Shown: one piece after another, positions 47,434 through 57,666 of the stretch
Layout: each line of letters opens with the position of its first letter
Numbering within the stretch: position 1 is the stretch's first letter
Sequence record: OR999189.1
From: Enterobacteria phage P922
DNA length: 64,000 bases
Reading direction: 5' to 3' (one strand)
The notes under the pieces: generated by a model
Told to the model about the DNA's origin: nothing
Databases searched by the model: none
The model's input: only the letters and a program-made list of their open reading frames with translations
Position numbers and translations under genes: made by a program

Positions 47434-50130
47434 ATGAAAGAATTTTATATCTCTATCGAAACAGTCGGAAATAATATTGTTGAGCGTTATATTGATGAAA
47501 ACGGAAAGGAACGTACTCGTGAAGTAGAATATCTTCCGACTATGTTTAGGCATTGTAAGGAAGAGTCAAAGTACAAAGACATTTACGGTAAAAATTGCGC
47601 TCCTCAAAAATTTCCATCAATGAAAGATGCACGAGATTGGATGAAACGAATGGAAGACATCGGTCTCGAAGCTCTTGGTATGAACGATTTTAAACTCGCT
47701 TATATCAGTGATACATATGGTTCAGAAATTGTTTATGACCGAAAATTTGTTCGTGTAGCTAACTGCGACATTGAGGTTACTGGTGATAAATTTCCTGACC
47801 CAATGAAAGCAGAATATGAAATTGATGCTATCACTCATTATGATTCAATTGACGACCGTTTTTACGTCTTTGATTTGTTGAATTCAATGTACGGTTCAGT
47901 ATCAAAATGGGATGCAAAGTTAGCTGCTAAGCTTGACTGTGAAGGTGGTGATGAAGTTCCTCAAGAAATTCTTGACCGAGTAATTTATATGCCATTCGAT
48001 AATGAGCGTGATATGCTCATGGAATATATTAATCTCTGGGAACAGAAACGACCTGCTATTTTTACTGGTTGGAATATTGAGGGATTTGACGTTCCGTATA
48101 TCATGAATCGTGTTAAAATGGTTCTCGGTGAACGCAGTATGAAACGTTTCTCTCCAATCGGTCGAGTAAAATCTAAATTAATTCAAAATATGTACGGTAG
48201 CAAAGAAATTTATTCTATTGATGGCGTATCTATTCTTGATTATTTAGATTTGTACAAGAAATTCGCATTTACTAATTTGCCATCGTTCTCTTTGGAATCA
48301 GTTGCTCAACATGAAACCAAAAAAGGTAAATTACCGTACGATGGTCCTATTAATAAACTTCGTGAGACTAATCATCAACGATACATTAGTTATAACATTA
48401 TTGACGTAGAATCAGTTCAAGCAATTGATAAAATTCGTGGGTTTATCGATCTAGTTTTAAGTATGTCTTATTACGCTAAAATGCCTTTTTCTGGTGTAAT
48501 GAGTCCTATTAAAACTTGGGATGCTATTATTTTTAACTCACTGAAAGGTGAACATAAGGTTATTCCTCAACAAGGTTCGCACGTTAAACAGAGTTTTCCA
48601 GGTGCATTTGTGTTTGAACCTAAACCGATTGCTCGTCGATACATTATGAGTTTTGACTTGACGTCTCTGTATCCTAGCATTATTCGTCAGGTTAACATTA
48701 GTCCTGAGACTATTCGTGGGCAGTTTAAAGTTCATCCAATTCATGAATATATCGCAGGAACAGCTCCTAAGCCAAGTGATGAATATTCTTGTTCTCCGAA
48801 TGGATGGATGTATGATAAGCATCAAGAAGGTATCATTCCAAAGGAAATCGCTAAAGTATTTTTCCAACGTAAAGATTGGAAAAAGAAAATGTTCGCTGAA
48901 GAAATGAATGCCGAAGCTATTAAAAAGATTATTATGAAAGGTGCAGGGTCTTGTTCAACTAAACCAGAAGTTGAACGATATGTTAAGTTCAATGATGATT
49001 TCTTAAATGAACTATCAAATTATACTGAATCTGTTCTTAATAGTCTGATCGAAGAATGCGAAAAAGCTGCTACACTTGCTAACACAAATCAGCTGAACCG
49101 TAAAATTCTTATTAACAGTCTTTATGGTGCTCTTGGTAATATTCATTTCCGTTACTATGATTTGCGAAATGCTACTGCTATCACAATTTTCGGTCAAGTT
49201 GGTATTCAGTGGATTGCTCGTAAAATTAATGAGTATCTAAATAAAGTGTGTGGAACTGATGGTGAAGATTTCATCGCCGCGGGTGATACTGATTCGGTAT
49301 ATGTTTGTGTAGATAAAGTTATTGAAAAAGTAGGTCTTGACCGCTTTAAAGAACAAAATGATTTAGTTGAATTCATGAATCAGTTTGGTAAGAAAAAGAT
49401 GGAACCTATGATTGATGTTGCATATCGTGAGTTATGTGATTATATGAATAACCGCGAGCATCTGATGCATATGGACCGTGAAGCTATTTCTTGCCCTCCG
49501 CTTGGTTCAAAGGGCGTTGGTGGATTTTGGAAAGCGAAAAAACGTTATGCTCTGAACGTTTATGATATGGAAGATAAGCGATTTGCTGAACCACATCTAA
49601 AAATCATGGGTATGGAAACTCAGCAGAGTTCAACACCAAAAGCAGTACAAGAAGCTCTCGAAGAAAGTATTCGTCGTATTCTTCAGGAAGGCGAAGAGTC
49701 TGTCCAAGAATACTATAAGAACTTTGAGAAAGAATACCGTCAACTTGACTATAAAGTTATTGCTGAAGTAAAAACCGCGAACGATATAGCGAAATATGAT
49801 GATAAAGGTTGGCCAGGGTTTAAATGCCCGTTCCATATTCGTGGTGTACTAACTTATCGTCGAGCTGTTAGTGGTTTAGGTGTAGCTCCAATTTTGGATG
49901 GAAATAAGGTAATGGTTCTTCCATTACGTGAGGGAAATCCATTTGGTGACAAGTGTATTGCTTGGCCGTCGGGCACAGAACTTCCAAAAGAAATTCGTTC
50001 TGATGTACTGTCTTGGATTGACTACTCAACTTTGTTCCAAAAATCGTTTGTTAAACCGCTTGCGGGCATGTGTGAATCGGCAGGTATGGACTATGAGGAA
50101 AAAGCTTCGTTAGACTTCCTGTTTGGCTGA
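47434..50130 (+). CDS. 43: DNA polymerase gp43 (family B)
   Basis: 898 aa; exonuclease and polymerase motifs (YGDTDS at GDTDSVYV). Confidence 0.95.
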   Translation: MKEFYISIETVGNNIVERYIDENGKERTREVEYLPTMFRHCKEESKYKDIYGKNCAPQKFPSMKDARDWMKRMEDIGLEALGMNDFKLAYISDTYGSEIVYDRKFVRVANCDIEVTGDKFPDPMKAEYEIDAITHYDSIDDRFYVFDLLNSMYGSVSKWDAKLAAKLDCEGGDEVPQEILDRVIYMPFDNERDMLMEYINLWEQKRPAIFTGWNIEGFDVPYIMNRVKMVLGERSMKRFSPIGRVKSKLIQNMYGSKEIYSIDGVSILDYLDLYKKFAFTNLPSFSLESVAQHETKKGKLPYDGPINKLRETNHQRYISYNIIDVESVQAIDKIRGFIDLVLSMSYYAKMPFSGVMSPIKTWDAIIFNSLKGEHKVIPQQGSHVKQSFPGAFVFEPKPIARRYIMSFDLTSLYPSIIRQVNISPETIRGQFKVHPIHEYIAGTAPKPSDEYSCSPNGWMYDKHQEGIIPKEIAKVFFQRKDWKKKMFAEEMNAEAIKKIIMKGAGSCSTKPEVERYVKFNDDFLNELSNYTESVLNSLIEECEKAATLANTNQLNRKILINSLYGALGNIHFRYYDLRNATAITIFGQVGIQWIARKINEYLNKVCGTDGEDFIAAGDTDSVYVCVDKVIEKVGLDRFKEQNDLVEFMNQFGKKKMEPMIDVAYRELCDYMNNREHLMHMDREAISCPPLGSKGVGGFWKAKKRYALNVYDMEDKRFAEPHLKIMGMETQQSSTPKAVQEALEESIRRILQEGEESVQEYYKNFEKEYRQLDYKVIAEVKTANDIAKYDDKGWPGFKCPFHIRGVLTYRRAVSGLGVAPILDGNKVMVLPLREGNPFGDKCIAWPSGTELPKEIRSDVLSWIDYSTLFQKSFVKPLAGMCESAGMDYEEKASLDFLFG

Positions 50131-50142
50131 TAGAATAAATCT

Positions 50143-50165
50143 AGGGACCTCCGGGTCCCTTTTTC
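50143..50165 (+). terminator. intrinsic terminator after gene 43
   Basis: AGGGACC-TCCG-GGTCCCT + TTTTTC. Confidence 0.65.
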
Positions 50166-50247
50166 ATACAAGTAATATAAATCTATACTTAGGAAAAATA
50201 GATGATTCTGGACCTCTGGAATTCATTAAAAAATTTTTCACAAAACT

Positions 50248-50278
50248 GTTTACATCCCGGTTCCTTTGTGGTACTATA
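50248..50278 (+). promoter_or_regulatory. T4-type early promoter
   Basis: TTTTTCACAAAACTGTTTACA ... TGTGGTACTATAC. Confidence 0.6.
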
Positions 50279-50311
50279 CAACTATCAACTGATGCGGATT
50301 TGGAGAATGAA

Positions 50312-50692
50312 ATGAAAATCGCTATTTTGGTTATTGCATTGGGTCTTACTGGTTGTGTAGCTCAAGGACCAGTAGTAAATCAGTCTGATGTAGGAAAAAT
50401 TGTAAACTGTTCAAGCAAATTTTATAATCCTAACGTCAAGTGTTATAAAGAGGCTCCAAAACAGACAGTAGAACAAATGCAGGCGAATTTTGACGAAGCT
50501 ATTCGTCCAGATGAATCTGCACAAGCATATCGTAATTCAGATGTGATTACGCGTGAAGAAAAAATTGAAAACTACTGTGCTGAACTTTGGGCAAATTGGG
50601 CTAATAATTACCAATGGCGTACTGGTAAAAATGCTCCGATGGAGTATGTAGTAAATTCTTATAATTCATGTGTAAAAAATTTGACTAAGTGA
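50312..50692 (+). CDS. lipoprotein (signal peptide with lipobox LTGC)
   Basis: ATG 50312 after GGAGAATGAA; MKIAILVIALGLTGCVAQ. Confidence 0.5.
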   Translation: MKIAILVIALGLTGCVAQGPVVNQSDVGKIVNCSSKFYNPNVKCYKEAPKQTVEQMQANFDEAIRPDESAQAYRNSDVITREEKIENYCAELWANWANNYQWRTGKNAPMEYVVNSYNSCVKNLTK

Positions 50693-50699
50693 GGAAAAC

Positions 50700-50951
50700 A
50701 TGGAAACTTTAGTAGCAGGTTCAATTTTTATGGTTTTAGTTTCAGGCGTGTTGGCTATTATTATATACATGCTTCCGTGGTTCATCGCCTTGATGCGTGG
50801 GTCAAAATCGACAGTAGGAATCTTTTTCACGTCTTTACTGTTTAACTGGTCAATTATTGGTTGGTTTATTACCTTTATTTGGTCAATTGCGGGTGAAACT
50901 AAAAAATCTGTACAGCAAAATCAAGTAATTATCATCAGAGAGAAGGAATGA
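50700..50951 (+). CDS. imm: superinfection immunity membrane protein Imm
   Basis: 83 aa with two TM helices; T4 Imm size, between genes 43 and 42. Confidence 0.8.
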   Translation: METLVAGSIFMVLVSGVLAIIIYMLPWFIALMRGSKSTVGIFFTSLLFNWSIIGWFITFIWSIAGETKKSVQQNQVIIIREKE

Positions 50952-51097
50952 AAAGCAAAATTTTAGCAGTATTGCTTTTAATCTTGATGATTATAATAAG
51001 TATATACTATAGCGTAACAGTTCCTTGTATGATTCCAACGCTTATTATAGGGTGGAGTTTATTACTGTTACAAGTTAAATATGAATGCATCAATTGA
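50948..51097 (+). CDS. small hydrophobic membrane peptide (below the ORF-track cutoff)
   Basis: ATG overlapping the imm stop (ATGA); 49 aa. Confidence 0.3.
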   Translation: MKSKILAVLLLILMIIISIYYSVTVPCMIPTLIIGWSLLLLQVKYECIN

Positions 51098-51104
51098 GGT
51101 TTAA

Positions 51105-51845
51105 ATGATTAACGATTATATGACAGTTGAAGAAATCCGTCTTGATTTGGGTCTTGCATTAAAGGAAAAAGATTTCGTAATTGATAAAACCGGTGTTAAA
51201 ACTATTGAAATTATTGGTGCATCATTTGTAGCAGATGAACCTTTTATTTTTGGCGCTCTTAATGATGAATACATTCAGCGTGAACTTGAATGGTATAAGT
51301 CTCAAAGTTTGTTTGTTAAAGATATTCCAGGTGAAACACCAAAGATTTGGCAGCAGGTAGCATCTTCTAAAGGCGAAATTAACTCGAATTATGGTTGGGC
51401 CATCTGGTCAGAAGATAACTATGCCCAATATGATATGTGTTTAGCTGAACTTGGTCAAAATCCTGATTCTCGACGTGGTATCATGATTTATACTCGTCCA
51501 TCCATGCAGTTTGACTACAATAAAGATGGCATGTCAGATTTCATGTGTACGAATACAGTACAGTATCTGATTCGTGATAAGAAAGTCAATGCAGTAGTAA
51601 GCATGCGTTCAAATGACGTGGTCTTCGGATTCCGTAATGATTATGCATGGCAAAAATACGTACTAGATAAATTAGTATCTGATTTGAATGCAGGTGATTC
51701 AATTCGTCAGTATAAAGCAGGTTCCATTATATGGAATGTCGGAAGCCTTCATGTGTATTCCCGTCATTTTTATTTGGTTGACCATTGGTGGAAAACTGGC
51801 GAAACTCATATTGCGAAAAAAGATTATAACGGTGAGTGGAAATGA
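51105..51845 (+). CDS. 42: dCMP hydroxymethylase gp42
   Basis: 246 aa; near-identical to recalled T4 gp42. Confidence 0.95.
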   Translation: MINDYMTVEEIRLDLGLALKEKDFVIDKTGVKTIEIIGASFVADEPFIFGALNDEYIQRELEWYKSQSLFVKDIPGETPKIWQQVASSKGEINSNYGWAIWSEDNYAQYDMCLAELGQNPDSRRGIMIYTRPSMQFDYNKDGMSDFMCTNTVQYLIRDKKVNAVVSMRSNDVVFGFRNDYAWQKYVLDKLVSDLNAGDSIRQYKAGSIIWNVGSLHVYSRHFYLVDHWWKTGETHIAKKDYNGEWK

Positions 51846-52684
51846 TTCAATTCGTAATTCCAAGTTATCAACGCGTAGGGGCAGTTTCTGCCCTTGATAT
51901 GTTTCCATCTGATTATGAACCTCATATTGTAGTACGTAAACACGAAGAAAAAGCTTATTATGATGCTTATGGGTCTAGAGCTAAAATTATAACTATTCCT
52001 GATGATGTTAATGGAATTGCTGGTACTCGTAAAGCAATTACTGATATGTATGCAGGCCAACGAATCTGGATGATTGATGATGATACTACTATTCGTATGA
52101 GTTCAATGCGAAAGAAAGATGATCGTCGTTGCGTAGATAAAATTAATCAATTAACTCGTGAACAGTTCTATGAATTGATTCAATACGTTGAAGATGCCAT
52201 GGATTGTGGGTATTATCACGGTCATGCTCGTCTACCTATTTTTAAAATTACTTCATCTTGGGGTAATTATCGTGAAAATTCATATGGATTCACGAATACC
52301 TGGTATGACCTCGGAAAACTTACAACAGAACAAATTGGGTATGGAAAAATTGATTTATGCGAAGATATGTATGCATTTCTCAATTTAATTAATCAAGGTT
52401 ATCCGCATTTGGCCTTGTTCAAATATCTGGTTGTATCTGGAAAAGCACAAGCTCCAGGCGGATGTAGCTCAATTCGTAGTAATTCTAAACATAATAGAGC
52501 TCTTGAGCAAATCAATAGAGAGTTTCCAGAGCAAGCTCGTTGGAAAACATCGAATATTGAAAAGAGAAAATCGTTGGGTGAAGAAGACGAGCCATTAAAG
52601 GTTCTTCGCATGTGTGTTTCGCGCAAAGAAAAATCAGAAGCGTTTCATAAGTTTAATGCTATTCATCCAATAGCAGTTGATTAA
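51836..52684 (+). CDS. GT-A fold (GT2-like) glycosyltransferase at the T4 beta-gt position
   Basis: 282 aa; VIPSYQR start and IWMIDDDTTI (DxD) motif; differs from the 351 aa T4 beta-gt I recall. Confidence 0.55.
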   Translation: MEMIQFVIPSYQRVGAVSALDMFPSDYEPHIVVRKHEEKAYYDAYGSRAKIITIPDDVNGIAGTRKAITDMYAGQRIWMIDDDTTIRMSSMRKKDDRRCVDKINQLTREQFYELIQYVEDAMDCGYYHGHARLPIFKITSSWGNYRENSYGFTNTWYDLGKLTTEQIGYGKIDLCEDMYAFLNLINQGYPHLALFKYLVVSGKAQAPGGCSSIRSNSKHNRALEQINREFPEQARWKTSNIEKRKSLGEEDEPLKVLRMCVSRKEKSEAFHKFNAIHPIAVD

Positions 52685-52761
52685 TGCCTAAATTTATTGT
52701 GTTATAATTACTCTATCTTTAACCAGTGAGGAAAATATAATGATGCCTATGGAAAAAATGA

Positions 52762-53943
52762 ATGTCTATTGCAGATTTAAAATCCCGTTTGATTAAAGCT
52801 TCCACTTCTAAAATGACTGCTGAACTGACTACATCTAAATTCTTTAATGAAAAGGATGTAATCCGTACAAAAATCCCAATGCTTAATATCGCTATTTCCG
52901 GTGCGATTGATGGTGGAATGCAGTCTGGTTTAACCATTTTTGCAGGTCCTTCTAAACACTTTAAATCAAATATGTCTTTGACTATGGTTGCGGCGTATTT
53001 GAACAAATATCCTGACGCGGTATGTTTATTCTATGATAGCGAATTTGGTATTACTCCAGCTTATTTGCGATCCATGGGAGTTGACCCGGAACGAGTAATT
53101 CATACACCAATTCAGTCAGTTGAACAGCTGAAAATTGATATGGTGAATCAGCTTGAAGCTATTGAGCGCGGTGAAAAAGTTATTGTATTCATCGACTCAA
53201 TCGGTAATATGGCTTCTAAGAAAGAAACGGAAGATGCCTTGAATGAAAAATCTGTGGCAGATATGACTCGTGCTAAATCACTGAAGTCATTATTCCGTAT
53301 TGTTACTCCTTATTTTAGTATTAAAAACATTCCATGTGTTGCGGTTAACCATACAATTGAAACAATTGAAATGTTTAGTAAAACCGTGATGACAGGTGGT
53401 ACAGGCGTAATGTATTCGGCTGATACTGTATTCATTATCGGTAAGCGCCAGATTAAAGATGGTTCTGATCTTCAGGGGTATCAATTTGTTCTAAATGTAG
53501 AAAAATCTCGTACTGTTAAAGAAAAAAGTAAATTCTTTATTGATGTTAAATTTGACGGTGGTATCGATCCTTATTCTGGATTGTTAGATATGGCTCTTGA
53601 ATTAGGATTTGTAGTAAAACCTAAAAATGGTTGGTATGCTCGTGAATTTCTTGACGAAGAAACCGGTGAGATGATTCGCGAAGAAAAATCTTGGCGTGCA
53701 AAAGATACCAATTGCACTACATTCTGGGGTCCTTTATTTAAGCATCAACCATTCCGAGATGCTATTAAACGTGCTTATCAGTTAGGTGCTATTGATAGTA
53801 ATGAAATTGTTGAAGCTGAAGTCGATGAATTGATTAACTCAAAGGTTGAAAAATTTAAATCTCCAGAAAGTAAAAGTAAATCAGCAGCTGATTTAGAAAC
53901 TGACCTAGATCAGTTAAGTGATATGGAAGAATTTAATGAATAA
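52762..53943 (+). CDS. uvsX: RecA-like recombinase UvsX
   Basis: 393 aa; Walker A GPSKHFKS; matches recalled T4 UvsX. Confidence 0.95.
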   Translation: MSIADLKSRLIKASTSKMTAELTTSKFFNEKDVIRTKIPMLNIAISGAIDGGMQSGLTIFAGPSKHFKSNMSLTMVAAYLNKYPDAVCLFYDSEFGITPAYLRSMGVDPERVIHTPIQSVEQLKIDMVNQLEAIERGEKVIVFIDSIGNMASKKETEDALNEKSVADMTRAKSLKSLFRIVTPYFSIKNIPCVAVNHTIETIEMFSKTVMTGGTGVMYSADTVFIIGKRQIKDGSDLQGYQFVLNVEKSRTVKEKSKFFIDVKFDGGIDPYSGLLDMALELGFVVKPKNGWYAREFLDEETGEMIREEKSWRAKDTNCTTFWGPLFKHQPFRDAIKRAYQLGAIDSNEIVEAEVDELINSKVEKFKSPESKSKSAADLETDLDQLSDMEEFNE

Positions 53944-54280
53944 AGATGATTTAGATTTAGATCTAGAGACTATCGATGAATCCCCCTCTTCGGAGGGGGA
54001 AGAAGAAAGAAAAGAACGTCTTTTTAATGAATCTCTTAAGATAATTAAATCTGCTATGGAAAATGTTATCCAGGAGATTGTTATTAAACTAGAAGACGGT
54101 TCTACACACATTGTGTATGTGACAAAATTAAATTGGGTTGATGGAAAAGTCGTAATGGACTTTGCTGTTCTTGACCAAGAAAGAAAAGCTGAATTAGCTC
54201 CTCATGTAGAAAAATGTATTACAATGCAACTACAAGATGCATTTAATAAAAGGTCAAAGAAAAAATTTAAATTCTTTTAA
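53936..54280 (+). CDS. 40: gp40-like head assembly protein
   Basis: ATG 53936 overlapping uvsX stop; acidic N-terminus; position between uvsX and 41. Confidence 0.5.
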   Translation: MNKDDLDLDLETIDESPSSEGEEERKERLFNESLKIIKSAMENVIQEIVIKLEDGSTHIVYVTKLNWVDGKVVMDFAVLDQERKAELAPHVEKCITMQLQDAFNKRSKKKFKFF

Positions 54281-54289
54281 GGAGTAAGT

Positions 54290-55717
54290 GTGGTAGAAAT
54301 TATTCTTTCTCATCTCATATTTGATCAAGCTTATTTTTCAAAAGTTTGGCCATATATGGATTCAGAATATTTTGAAAGTGGTCCAGCTAAAAATACATTC
54401 AAATTAATTAAATCTCATGTCAATGAGTACCATAGCGTTCCATCTATTAATGCGTTAAATGTTGCATTAGAAAATAGTTCATTTACTGAAACAGAATATT
54501 CTGGTGTAAAAACACTTATTTCGAAACTAACCGATTCTCCGGAAGACCATAGCTGGTTAGTAAAAGAAACAGAAAAATATGTTCAGCAAAGGGCGATGTT
54601 TAACGCCACATCTAAAATAATTGAAATTCAAACTAATGCTGAGCTTCCTCCGGAAAAACGAAATAAGAAAATGCCAGATGTAGGTGCTATTCCTGACATC
54701 ATGCGTCAAGCATTATCAATTTCATTTGATAGCTACGTTGGTCATGATTGGATGGATGACTACGAAGCACGTTGGCTATCTTATATGAATAAAGCTCGTA
54801 AGGTTCCATTTAAACTCAAAATTCTAAATAAAATTACTAAAGGTGGAGCTGAGACTGGAACACTGAACGTTTTAATGGCTGGTGTTAACGTTGGTAAGTC
54901 ATTAGGTCTGTGTTCATTGGCAGCAGATTATTTACAGCTCGGTCATAATGTTCTTTACATTTCAATGGAAATGGCAGAAGAAGTCTGTGCTAAGCGTATT
55001 GATGCTAATATGCTTGATGTTTCTCTTGATGACATTGATGATGGGCATATTTCTTACGCTGAGTATAAAGGAAAAATGGAAAAATGGCGTGAGAAATCTA
55101 CTCTCGGTCGTTTAATCGTTAAACAGTATCCTACTGGTGGAGCAGACGCTAATACATTTCGATCGCTTTTAAACGAATTAAAGCTCAAGAAGAATTTTGT
55201 TCCAACAATCATTATTGTTGACTATCTAGGTATTTGTAAATCTTGCCGCATCAGAGTTTATTCAGAAAATAGTTACACAACTGTTAAAGCTATCGCAGAG
55301 GAATTGCGTGCTCTGGCTGTTGAAACCGAAACTGTTCTTTGGACTGCAGCGCAGGTTGGTAAGCAAGCTTGGGATTCTTCTGATGTTAACATGAGCGATA
55401 TTGCAGAATCTGCCGGTCTTCCAGCAACAGCCGATTTTATGCTTGCGGTCATTGAAACCGAGGAGTTAGCAGCGGCTGAACAACAACTCATTAAGCAAAT
55501 CAAATCACGATATGGTGATAAGAATAAATGGAATAAGTTTTTGATGGGTGTTCAAAAAGGAAATCAGAAATGGGTAGAAATTGAACAAGATTCTACTCCA
55601 ACTGAAGTGAACGAAGTAGCAGGTTCACAGCAGATTCAGGCTGAACAGAACCGCTATCAAAGAAATGAATCGGCTCGAGCTCAGTTAGATGCTTTAGCAA
55701 ACGAATTAAAATTTTAG
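54290..55717 (+). CDS. 41: replicative DNA helicase gp41 (DnaB-like)
   Basis: 475 aa, GTG start; Walker A GVNVGKS; matches recalled T4 gp41. Confidence 0.95.
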   Translation: MVEIILSHLIFDQAYFSKVWPYMDSEYFESGPAKNTFKLIKSHVNEYHSVPSINALNVALENSSFTETEYSGVKTLISKLTDSPEDHSWLVKETEKYVQQRAMFNATSKIIEIQTNAELPPEKRNKKMPDVGAIPDIMRQALSISFDSYVGHDWMDDYEARWLSYMNKARKVPFKLKILNKITKGGAETGTLNVLMAGVNVGKSLGLCSLAADYLQLGHNVLYISMEMAEEVCAKRIDANMLDVSLDDIDDGHISYAEYKGKMEKWREKSTLGRLIVKQYPTGGADANTFRSLLNELKLKKNFVPTIIIVDYLGICKSCRIRVYSENSYTTVKAIAEELRALAVETETVLWTAAQVGKQAWDSSDVNMSDIAESAGLPATADFMLAVIETEELAAAEQQLIKQIKSRYGDKNKWNKFLMGVQKGNQKWVEIEQDSTPTEVNEVAGSQQIQAEQNRYQRNESARAQLDALANELKF

Positions 55718-55746
55718 TTTACAAGCTGACAAGACTATGGTATAGT
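55717..55746 (+). promoter_or_regulatory. T4-type early promoter (dmd)
   Basis: GTTTAC ... TGGTATAGT. Confidence 0.55.
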
Positions 55747-55775
55747 AGTCTTGTTGGTTAAATGAGGAGATTGTT

Positions 55776-55958
55776 ATGGAATTGGTAAAGGTAGTTTTTA
55801 TGGGGTGGTTTAAGAATGAAAGCATGTTTACTAAAGAAATCACAATGATGAAAGATGACGTTCAATGGGCTACTACTCAATATGCTGAAGTTAATAAAGC
55901 ATTAGTTAAAGCTTTCATTGATGACAAGAAAGTATGCGAAGTGGATTGCCGAGGATAA
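55776..55958 (+). CDS. dmd: Dmd-like antitoxin (anti-RnlA/LsoA), 60 aa
   Basis: 60 aa ORF immediately after gene 41, T4 dmd size and position; sequence match from memory only. Confidence 0.5.
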   Translation: MELVKVVFMGWFKNESMFTKEITMMKDDVQWATTQYAEVNKALVKAFIDDKKVCEVDCRG

Positions 55959-55959
55959 T

Positions 55960-56202
55960 ATGCACATTGTTTTATTTAAACCTACTCCGTATAATGTCAG
56001 GAAAAATACTCAATTCAAAGCACTTGTTGCAGATACGTGGGAATTGGTGTTAGATATTCCAGCAGAAGAAAGTCCTCCATTTGGTCGAGTGGAATTTATT
56101 AAGTTTGCTGTGCGCCCTACGAAGCGACAGATTCGCCAATGCAAAAGATACTTTCGTAAAATCGTCAAGTTAGAGAAACAGTTATTGATGCTAGTAAAAT
56201 AG
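55960..56202 (+). CDS. hypothetical basic protein
   Basis: ATG 55960 after GAGGATAAT. Confidence 0.4.
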   Translation: MHIVLFKPTPYNVRKNTQFKALVADTWELVLDIPAEESPPFGRVEFIKFAVRPTKRQIRQCKRYFRKIVKLEKQLLMLVK

Positions 56203-56204
56203 TA

Positions 56205-56234
56205 GTTTACAAGCTGATAGAGTTGTGTTATAGT
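56205..56234 (+). promoter_or_regulatory. T4-type early promoter
   Basis: GTTTAC ... TGTGTTATAGT. Confidence 0.5.
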
Positions 56235-56265
56235 AATTCTATCAGCTAATCGCGGAGAAAAGAAA

Positions 56266-56520
56266 ATGATGCTAGTTAATAGAGAATATCAGTTTAAATC
56301 AGAAGAACATTTGGAAAAATTCGCAAGTGGTTGTGAACTGAATAGACGCACAGCTAAAGTCATAGGATTAAAACCCTTTACAGTTCTAGATTGTGAAGTT
56401 TCTAAATTCCGCAGAGGGTGTTCTATTAGCGGTCATGCTCTGGTTGATGGGAACACATTTTTCTTTGTTTTTAGCGTCAGAGAACTTTTATTGATTAACG
56501 AACTTGAGGAAATAAAATAG
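56266..56520 (+). CDS. hypothetical protein
   Basis: 84 aa ORF. Confidence 0.4.
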   Translation: MMLVNREYQFKSEEHLEKFASGCELNRRTAKVIGLKPFTVLDCEVSKFRRGCSISGHALVDGNTFFFVFSVRELLLINELEEIK

Positions 56521-56550
56521 TTTACTTTTGTTGGAAATTGAGATACTATT
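56520..56550 (+). promoter_or_regulatory. T4-type early promoter (sp)
   Basis: GTTTAC ... GAGATACTAT. Confidence 0.5.
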
Positions 56551-56578
56551 ATAAACATAAACTACTGAGGAGATTATC

Positions 56579-56872
56579 ATGAAAAAATTTGTTTTTGCTG
56601 CAATTTTTGCTTTGGCTTCTTGTACTGCTCAGCCTGCTATGGCAGGTTATGATAAAGATTTGTGCGAATGGTCTATGACTGCAGATCAGACTGAGGTTGA
56701 AACTCAGATTGAAGCAGATATTATGAATATCGTTGAGCGTGATCGCCCTGAAATGAAAGCTGAAGTACAAAAACAGCTTAAATCTGGTGGTGTAATGCAG
56801 TATAATTATGTTCTGTATTGCGATAAAAACTTCAATAATAAAAATATCATCGCTGAAGTGGTAGGTGAATAA
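56579..56872 (+). CDS. sp: Spackle-like periplasmic protein (sp)
   Basis: 97 aa with signal peptide; T4 Sp size and position. Confidence 0.5.
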   Translation: MKKFVFAAIFALASCTAQPAMAGYDKDLCEWSMTADQTEVETQIEADIMNIVERDRPEMKAEVQKQLKSGGVMQYNYVLYCDKNFNNKNIIAEVVGE

Positions 56873-57498
56873 TGCTTTATCAAATGCACAAGTGCAAAGA
56901 CACGTACAAATATAAAGGTGCCCAGTGTTATATCATTAATCGTGAAAACGCAGGTCCAGGTCATTCGCATCAATCGCGGTTTGTATTCGTTAAAAACAAC
57001 GAAATTATAGCAGTTGCTAATTACATGCTTGCGACTAGTGATGTTAATCCGGTGCCTTTCACATATTATAATCTAATGGACTTGGCGTACGATTATAATT
57101 GGTTTAATCATGATAATTTGGCTCATATTGAAGGCGTAGGATTTGACATCTCTTATTCTAGTTACTCGTTGTGTCCTATGAGCCGAGCTCATAAAGAGCC
57201 TGAATATTTTTCATTTCGTCGGCGTGTAGACTTTGAACGCAGCACAGAGTATATCGGTGGAATCTTTGTTAAAGATAATCGAATTACTCGCATTATTTAT
57301 CCTTTGGGCTGTGGTCAAAAAGATATTGATGTTGATTTAGACTTTACTGAAAACATCATTAATCATATTGCTTCTGTGTATTTTGATATTGATCATAAAA
57401 TTGTAATATGTGGATATGAATTACCATCAGAAAAACAGTCTAAAGTGAATGTTTCTATTGATGACCAAATTTTTAATGCTTTTATGAATAGAGGTTAA
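56872..57498 (+). CDS. hypothetical protein (61.2 position)
   Basis: 208 aa ORF. Confidence 0.5.
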   Translation: MLYQMHKCKDTYKYKGAQCYIINRENAGPGHSHQSRFVFVKNNEIIAVANYMLATSDVNPVPFTYYNLMDLAYDYNWFNHDNLAHIEGVGFDISYSSYSLCPMSRAHKEPEYFSFRRRVDFERSTEYIGGIFVKDNRITRIIYPLGCGQKDIDVDLDFTENIINHIASVYFDIDHKIVICGYELPSEKQSKVNVSIDDQIFNAFMNRG

Positions 57499-57499
57499 T

Positions 57500-57664
57500 A
57501 TGAAAACATATAAAGAATTTATCAAAGAAGATATGGTCGCTGGAGATTCAGGTGGTAATCCTGAAAATATCTCTATTGGAACAACGTCAGGTGCTGTAGT
57601 AAATAAAGGTCCTGAACAGATTCCTAAAAAGAAAAAAGAGGAATCTAAAGAAAAAGAAGAGTAA
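57500..57664 (+). CDS. small protein with internal-protein-type leader MKTYKEFIKED (below the ORF-track cutoff)
   Basis: ATG 57500 after GAGGTTAAT; 54 aa, Lys/Glu-rich tail. Confidence 0.4.
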   Translation: MKTYKEFIKEDMVAGDSGGNPENISIGTTSGAVVNKGPEQIPKKKKEESKEKEE

Positions 57665-57666
57665 AA

